Origin: an uncultured delta proteobacterium | Lineage (GTDB): Bacteria > Myxococcota_A > Polyangia > Fen-1088 | DNA: 64,000 nt | Reading direction: 5' to 3' | NCBI GenBank assembly: GCA_963755125.1 | Contig: CAVWIP010000017.1 | Span: forward strand, 224,001-288,000 | Notes under the pieces: generated by a model | Told to the model about the DNA's origin: nothing | Databases searched by the model: none | What the model saw: only the letters and a program-made list of their open reading frames with translations | Shown here: in pieces, positions 59,059 to 64,000 of the stretch | How the letters are laid out: each line of letters starts with the position of its first letter | Position numbering within the stretch: the stretch's first letter is position 1 | Position numbers and translations under genes: made by a program

Positions 59059-59340
59059 GGGAATCGCATTGTGCTGGCCAAGAGGACATCGCTCAGATTC
59101 TTGCACGAAACGACGTTTTGAAGTCCAACAACAACTGCACGACAGGTTGCCAATCTGAGGAGCGAAGTCTTTTCTGCGGCGACTGCGACGTATAGCGGAG
59201 CGACGACCATCGAGATCGGTGGAACGGCGAGTGCAGCGTGGTCAGATGATTTCTCTTCCGGGCGTCGCTGCTTTTCATCGCGAAGGTGGTGCGCCGGCTG
59301 GCTGGCAGCGGGGCCCGGGTCGAGTACAATCGGCTCCGCC

Positions 59341-59802
59341 GTGACGCCCGCTCATCCCGCTGATTCACCGATCGTGGTCCATTTCTGCCGCCTGCGCCCG
59401 AGCGCGGTGCTCCCTCACTACATGACACCGGGCTCGGCCGGCATGGATCTGGCGTCCGCCGCGGACGGGCCGGTGACCGTGCCTGCGGGCGAGCGTGTGG
59501 GGATCCCGACGGGATGGGCCATGGAGTTGCCACTGGGCTACGAAGCTCAGGTGCGCCCGCGGTCGGGGCTGGCCTGGCGATCGGGGCTGACCGTGGTGAA
59601 CGCGCCGGGAACCATCGACAGCGACTACCGTGGCGAGGTCGTGGTTCTGCTGGTCAACTTGTCCCAGCAGCCGGTCGTGGTCCAGCCGGGCGACCGGGTG
59701 GCCCAGATGGTGATCGCGCCGGTCATCCAGGCGACGGTCGAGGAGGTGGCGGAGCTGTCGAGCACCCAGCGCGGCGGTGGTGGATTTGGACACACAGGTT
59801 GA
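59341..59802 (+). CDS. dut: dUTP diphosphatase
   Basis: SAGMDL, QVRPRSGLA, GTIDSDYRGE, RVAQMV, RGGGGFGHTG. Confidence 0.96.
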   Translation: MTPAHPADSPIVVHFCRLRPSAVLPHYMTPGSAGMDLASAADGPVTVPAGERVGIPTGWAMELPLGYEAQVRPRSGLAWRSGLTVVNAPGTIDSDYRGEVVVLLVNLSQQPVVVQPGDRVAQMVIAPVIQATVEEVAELSSTQRGGGGFGHTG

Positions 59803-59834
59803 TCCGAATGCGTCGAGTATGATTAGTTGCGCAC

Positions 59835-60920
59835 ATGAGCAGCACCCCGGTTGAGATTCTTCCCAAGCGAGCCGGCATCGTCGGCGTTTCCGGCTATTCG
59901 GGGATGGAGCTGGCGCGCATCCTGGCAAGCCATCCGTACTTGTCGCTGGGCCTGGTGACCAGCGACAAGTGGACGGGCAAGCGCCTGGGCGACCGCCTTG
60001 CGGTGGCGGGACCCGCTGCTGATTTGATCTGCTTCTCGCACGAACAGGGCCAGGCCCGCCTGGGCGAGCTGGACGTGGTGTTTCTGTGCACACCGGCCGA
60101 GGTTTCCGTCGAGCTGGCGCCGCGCGTGGTGGCGGCGGGCGTGCGCGTGGTGGATCTGTCGGGCGGGTTCCGACTGGCAGCCGACCAGTTCCCGCAGTGG
60201 TACGGCTTCACCCATCCCGCGCCGGCGCTGCTGGCCGAGGCTGTGTACTCCCTGCCGGAGGCCACCAACAAGGCCGAAAAGTTGCGCACGGCAAGGCTGG
60301 TTTCGAATCCGGGCTGCTACGCCACGGCCGCGGTGCTGACCGTGCTGCCGCTTCTGCGCGCGGGTTTCATGGAAGCGGACTCGGTGATCATCGACGCCAA
60401 GAGCGGAACCACGGGAGCGGGCCGCAAGGCGAGCGAGGAAATGTCGTTCTCCGAGGTGGCGGACGACGTGCACGCCTACCGTATTTTTCGCCACCAACAC
60501 GCGCCTGAAATTGAGATGGCCCTGGCCTTGAGCGGCACGCCCAACCTTCGCGTTACCTTCATGCCTCACCTGCTTCCTGTCCGGCGGGGCATCCTGGCAA
60601 CCGCCTACGGACGTCTGCGTCACGGCACCGGCGGCAGCGATCCGGCCGGTGGCGTGCGCAAGGCGCTCGATGATTTCGCCGAGGAGCGGCCGTTTGTCCA
60701 CGTGGTGAACCCTGACGAGGTTCGCCTGCAGGCCGCGGTGGGCACCAACCGCGTGGTGCTGGGCGCGTCCGCCGACGCCAGGCTTGGCATGGTGGTGTCC
60801 TTCGCGGCGATCGACAACTTGCTCAAGGGAGCGGCTGGCCAGGCGGTGCAGAACGCCAACCTCATGTTCGGTTTCCCCGAGACGGCGGGCCTCTTGCGGC
60901 TCGCCGGGGCCATGCCATGA
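59835..60920 (+). CDS. argC: N-acetyl-gamma-glutamyl-phosphate reductase
   Basis: GVSGYSG, DLSGGFRL, NPGCY.T, SGTTGAG, DNLLKGAAGQAVQN.N. Confidence 0.96.
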   Translation: MSSTPVEILPKRAGIVGVSGYSGMELARILASHPYLSLGLVTSDKWTGKRLGDRLAVAGPAADLICFSHEQGQARLGELDVVFLCTPAEVSVELAPRVVAAGVRVVDLSGGFRLAADQFPQWYGFTHPAPALLAEAVYSLPEATNKAEKLRTARLVSNPGCYATAAVLTVLPLLRAGFMEADSVIIDAKSGTTGAGRKASEEMSFSEVADDVHAYRIFRHQHAPEIEMALALSGTPNLRVTFMPHLLPVRRGILATAYGRLRHGTGGSDPAGGVRKALDDFAEERPFVHVVNPDEVRLQAAVGTNRVVLGASADARLGMVVSFAAIDNLLKGAAGQAVQNANLMFGFPETAGLLRLAGAMP

Positions 60921-61801
60921 GCGACAGCCACGAGACGCAGTCGGAGTCTCTCGGCGATCGACGCGAGCTGGTGGTCGAGGCGCTCAGGTACATCCAGAAG
61001 TTCGCCGGCACGCGCGCGGTCATCAAGTACGGCGGCGCCGCCATGGTCAAGGACGACCTGAAGCGGAGCTTCGCCCTGGACGTGGTCTTGCTGCAGGCGG
61101 CGGGCCTGCGACCGGTGGTGGTTCACGGCGGCGGGCACGAAATCACCAGGACCCTGGATCGCCTGGGCCAGAAGAGCGAATTCATCGACGGGCAGCGGGT
61201 GACCGGTGTCGCAGAGATGGGGGTGGTCGAGATGGTGCTGACCGGAAAGGTGAACACGGAGATCGTCGGTCTCATCAACACCCTGGGCGGCACCGCCATG
61301 GGCCTGTCGGGCAAGGACGCACATCTCATCAAGGCGCACAAGCTGCCGCCCCGGCCGGGCAAGCCTGACCTCGGCTGGGTGGGCGAGGTGGAGAACATCA
61401 AGACCGAGGTTCTCGAGATGTTGCTCGACAAACACTACATGCCCGTGATCTCGCCGGTGGGCCTGGGCAGCGAAGGGGCCAGCTTCAACATCAACGCCGA
61501 CATGGTGGCCGCCGAGATCGCGGTTGCCGCCAAGGCGAAGAAGCTCATCTTCCTCACCGACGTGGCCGGGATCCTGGACGAGAACGGCCAACTGTTGAGC
61601 GAGCTGCGGGCCGCGGATCTACGTGGTCGATTGCAAGAAGGCCGCGCGGTCAAGGGCGGCATGCAGGTCAAGGCGCAGGCCATCCTGCGCGCCCTGGAAG
61701 GCGGGGTAGAGGCGGTACACGTGGTCGACGGCCGCGAGCCCCACAGCGTAGTGGTCGAGTTGTTCACCGAGAAGGGCGTGGGGACGCTGGTGACGGCGTA
61801 G
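60917..61801 (+). CDS. argB: Acetylglutamate kinase
   Basis: VIKYGGAAM, VHGGG, NINAD, LTDVAG, GGMQVK. Confidence 0.96.
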   Translation: MSDSHETQSESLGDRRELVVEALRYIQKFAGTRAVIKYGGAAMVKDDLKRSFALDVVLLQAAGLRPVVVHGGGHEITRTLDRLGQKSEFIDGQRVTGVAEMGVVEMVLTGKVNTEIVGLINTLGGTAMGLSGKDAHLIKAHKLPPRPGKPDLGWVGEVENIKTEVLEMLLDKHYMPVISPVGLGSEGASFNINADMVAAEIAVAAKAKKLIFLTDVAGILDENGQLLSELRAADLRGRLQEGRAVKGGMQVKAQAILRALEGGVEAVHVVDGREPHSVVVELFTEKGVGTLVTA

Positions 61802-61886
61802 CGAGGCGGCAAAATACCGCGACAGTCAGACGTCGCCATGGCCGAGCGAAGGCATGATGACACGTGAAGAGAGACGGGGTTGTTCG

Positions 61887-61914
61887 TTCGGGGCACTCCT
61901 TTCGGGGCACTCCT
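61887..61914. repeat. Perfect 14-bp tandem direct repeat upstream of exporter operon
   Basis: TTCGGGGCACTCCT twice. Confidence 0.9.
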
Positions 61915-61948
61915 CGTGTATCATCGCGCGCGACAGTCGAGGGATCTC

Positions 61949-63139
61949 ATGTTCGCCCGCTTTGCACGTGCACAGGACGCATCTTCCCGCGTGGTGGTGG
62001 TGGGTGTGGTGGGCGGGATCCTTCTGGCTGCGTGGTCGGCCTGGTTCTTCCTGGCGCGGGTGGGGCTGTACGAGGTCAGTCGCTCGGCCCGCCTGGAAGT
62101 GGCGACGGCCCCTTATGACGTCGACTCGCCGGTAGCGGCCCGCCTGCTGCGCAGCGCTTTGGTGCTGGACCGGCAGGTGCAGCAGGGCGAGATCCTGGTC
62201 GAACTGGATGCCGAGGCATTCCGCCTCGAACGCGCGGCCGAGCAGAGCCGACTGGCGACATTGGGCCCGCAGATCGAAGCCCTGCGCCATGAGCTGGCCT
62301 CGCAGGAGCAGGCCATGCGCGGCGAGGGGCGCGCCAGTGCGGCGCAGGTGAACGAGGCGCGCGCCCGGCTGCGCGCTTCGGATGTGGTGGCCCAGCAGAA
62401 AGAGTCGGAGCGGGCGCGAATCCAGACTCTGCACGACGATCGGCTGGTTCCGACCCTGGACCGCGACCGCATGAGGACGGAGGCGCAGCGACAGAGCGCG
62501 GAGGCCGAAGCGGCGCGCGAGCAGGTGGGCCGACTGGGCAGCGAGGGTGCGGTCAAGCTGAGCGAGCGCAGGGCACAGATCGCGCGACTGCAGGCGGACG
62601 TCGCACGCCTGCAAAGCGAACGTGCGGACGCCGAGAGCAAACTGCGCATTCTCGACCAGAAGATCGATTTGCACCTGGTTCGAGCGCCCATCGCCGGTCG
62701 TATCGGACACATGGTGAACCTTCGCGCGGGCGCCATGGTGTCCGAGCGTACCCGCCTGTGTACCATCGTTCCCACCGGCGGGCTGCGCGCGGTGGCCTTC
62801 TTCGACCCGGCGACTGCCATCGGGCGGGTGCGCACGGGCCAGAGCGCGCGGCTGCGCATGTTCGGTTTCCCCTGGACCAAGTATGGGCTGCTGCAGGCCC
62901 AGGTCGATCGCGTGGGCAACGAGCCCCGGGACGGCCTCATCCGGGTGGAACTGGTTCTGCGATCGCCGCAGCGGACGAACATTCCCTTGCAGCACGGGCT
63001 GCCGGGCAGTGCCGAGGTCGAGGTGGAACAGGTTTCGCCATTTGCTCTGGTGCTGGATGCGGCCGGCCGGTTTCTCATCAGTGCCGAGGCCAGTGCCGCA
63101 CCAGCCGTGCCCAACCCTGCGCCGACCCAGGACAGATAG
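61949..63139 (+). CDS. HlyD-family membrane fusion protein
   Basis: N-terminal TM, V..GEILVELD, long coiled coil, RAPIAGRI, GFPWTKYG, LQHGLPG..EV. Confidence 0.88.
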   Translation: MFARFARAQDASSRVVVVGVVGGILLAAWSAWFFLARVGLYEVSRSARLEVATAPYDVDSPVAARLLRSALVLDRQVQQGEILVELDAEAFRLERAAEQSRLATLGPQIEALRHELASQEQAMRGEGRASAAQVNEARARLRASDVVAQQKESERARIQTLHDDRLVPTLDRDRMRTEAQRQSAEAEAAREQVGRLGSEGAVKLSERRAQIARLQADVARLQSERADAESKLRILDQKIDLHLVRAPIAGRIGHMVNLRAGAMVSERTRLCTIVPTGGLRAVAFFDPATAIGRVRTGQSARLRMFGFPWTKYGLLQAQVDRVGNEPRDGLIRVELVLRSPQRTNIPLQHGLPGSAEVEVEQVSPFALVLDAAGRFLISAEASAAPAVPNPAPTQDR

Positions 63140-63141
63140 GC

Positions 63142-64000
63142 ATGGCTGCCTCCGAGAACGACGCCCAGGATGAGTCGGAGAGTGCGCGGGAGCGGCGGCA
63201 TTTTTTCGCCCACGAGGTGGTGCAGACCTCGGCCATGGATTGCGGTCCCGCCGCCCTGAAATCCCTGCTGGAGGGTTTCGGCATCCGCGCCCACTACGGT
63301 CGGCTGCGCGAGGCCTGTCACACCACGGTCGACGGGTCGTCCATCGACACGCTGGAGGATCTGGCCCGCAGGCTGGGTCTGGACGCCACCCAGATGCTGT
63401 TGCCGGTCGAGCATGTTCTGCTGCGCGAATCGGAGACGCTGCCGGCCCTGGTCGTGGTCCGGCTGCCGTCGGGCCTGACCCACTTCGTGGTGGTGTGGCG
63501 GATCCTCGGGCCGTGGGTCCAGGTCATGGATCCCGGCCGCGGCCGGCGCTGGATGAGCAAGCGGGATTTCTTGCGCGATCTCTACCTGCACGAGATGCCG
63601 GCCCCGGCGGCGGACTTCGCGGCGTGGACACGCGAGCCGGGATTCCTGGATCCGCTGCGAGTCCGCTTGCACAGGCTGGGCGTGCGTGATGCCAGTCAGC
63701 GCATCGCCGCGGCCTCCGCCGGTGAAGACTGGCGGCCCCTGTGTGCGCTCGACGCTTGTGCTCGGGCGACCGAACAGTTGTTGAGCGGCAAGGTGTTTTC
63801 GTGCGCGCGCAGCGCGCGGGCCTTTGCTTGCTTGCTGGATGGCGTGAGCAAGGGTGGGGCGTCGGAATTCGTCCCCGAGACTCTGTGGACTGCGCGTCCC
63901 GCTGCCGAGCCCGAGCAGGACGGAAAACCCAGGCTGCTTGTGCGCGGGGCTCTCGCGCTGCGGGTAGCCGGATTGTCGGCGGACCAGCCTGCCGAGACGC
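63142..64000 (+). CDS. C39 peptidase-containing ABC transporter (partial, runs off right edge)
   Basis: Hand translation: EVVQTSAMDCGPAALKSLL...THFVVVW...VMDPGRG (catalytic Q/C, H, D); 2 nt after hlyD stop. Confidence 0.85.
   Translation, partial: MAASENDAQDESESARERRHFFAHEVVQTSAMDCGPAALKSLLEGFGIRAHYGRLREACHTTVDGSSIDTLEDLARRLGLDATQMLLPVEHVLLRESETLPALVVVRLPSGLTHFVVVWRILGPWVQVMDPGRGRRWMSKRDFLRDLYLHEMPAPAADFAAWTREPGFLDPLRVRLHRLGVRDASQRIAAASAGEDWRPLCALDACARATEQLLSGKVFSCARSARAFACLLDGVSKGGASEFVPETLWTARPAAEPEQDGKPRLLVRGALALRVAGLSADQPAET

Noticed and set aside
59060..59340. Cys-rich small peptide (NNNCTTGCQ...CGDCDV) or ncRNA between yfhO-like gene and dut
   Set aside because: No start codon or RBS in that frame; only a short 8-bp inverted repeat (CTCAGATT/AATCTGAG), insufficient support.

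Overview
High-GC bacterial chromosome segment; gene content (Cys-rich lipoprotein, DUF2169 proteins, efp-epmA, kelch remnants) points to a Myxococcota/deltaproteobacterial organism (inference). It holds housekeeping blocks (lysC, efp-epmA, yajC-secD-secF-recJ, hom, rimP-nusA-ylxR-infB-rbfA-truB-rpsO-pnp, dut-argC-argB) and several accessory regions. (1) A nickel locus: nikR, tonB, a TonB-dependent receptor, three 6-16-6 NikR-type operators, and deletion-gutted exbBD and nikMN remnants. It lies beside a group 3d NAD-reducing [NiFe]-hydrogenase operon hoxFUYHW plus a response regulator. (2) A translationally coupled orphan spike-tip module (DUF2169, PAAR-like/TM cargo, DUF2169, stand-alone gp5/gpV-like mini-spike) next to a 164-bp MITE-like palindrome; this is my best candidate for an undescribed system. 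(3) A chemoreceptor with a CXXCH haem-c motif in a helical periplasmic domain. (4) A DUF481 beta-barrel plus an EF-hand membrane protein. (5) A 3beta-HSD-like plus steroid 5alpha-reductase-like gene pair. (6) GT2/DUF2304/YfhO glycosylation genes, a vapBC-type TA pair, and the start of an HlyD + C39-peptidase ABC exporter. No rRNA, tRNA, CRISPR array or transposase was recognised. All family calls come from motif recognition by eye, not database searches.
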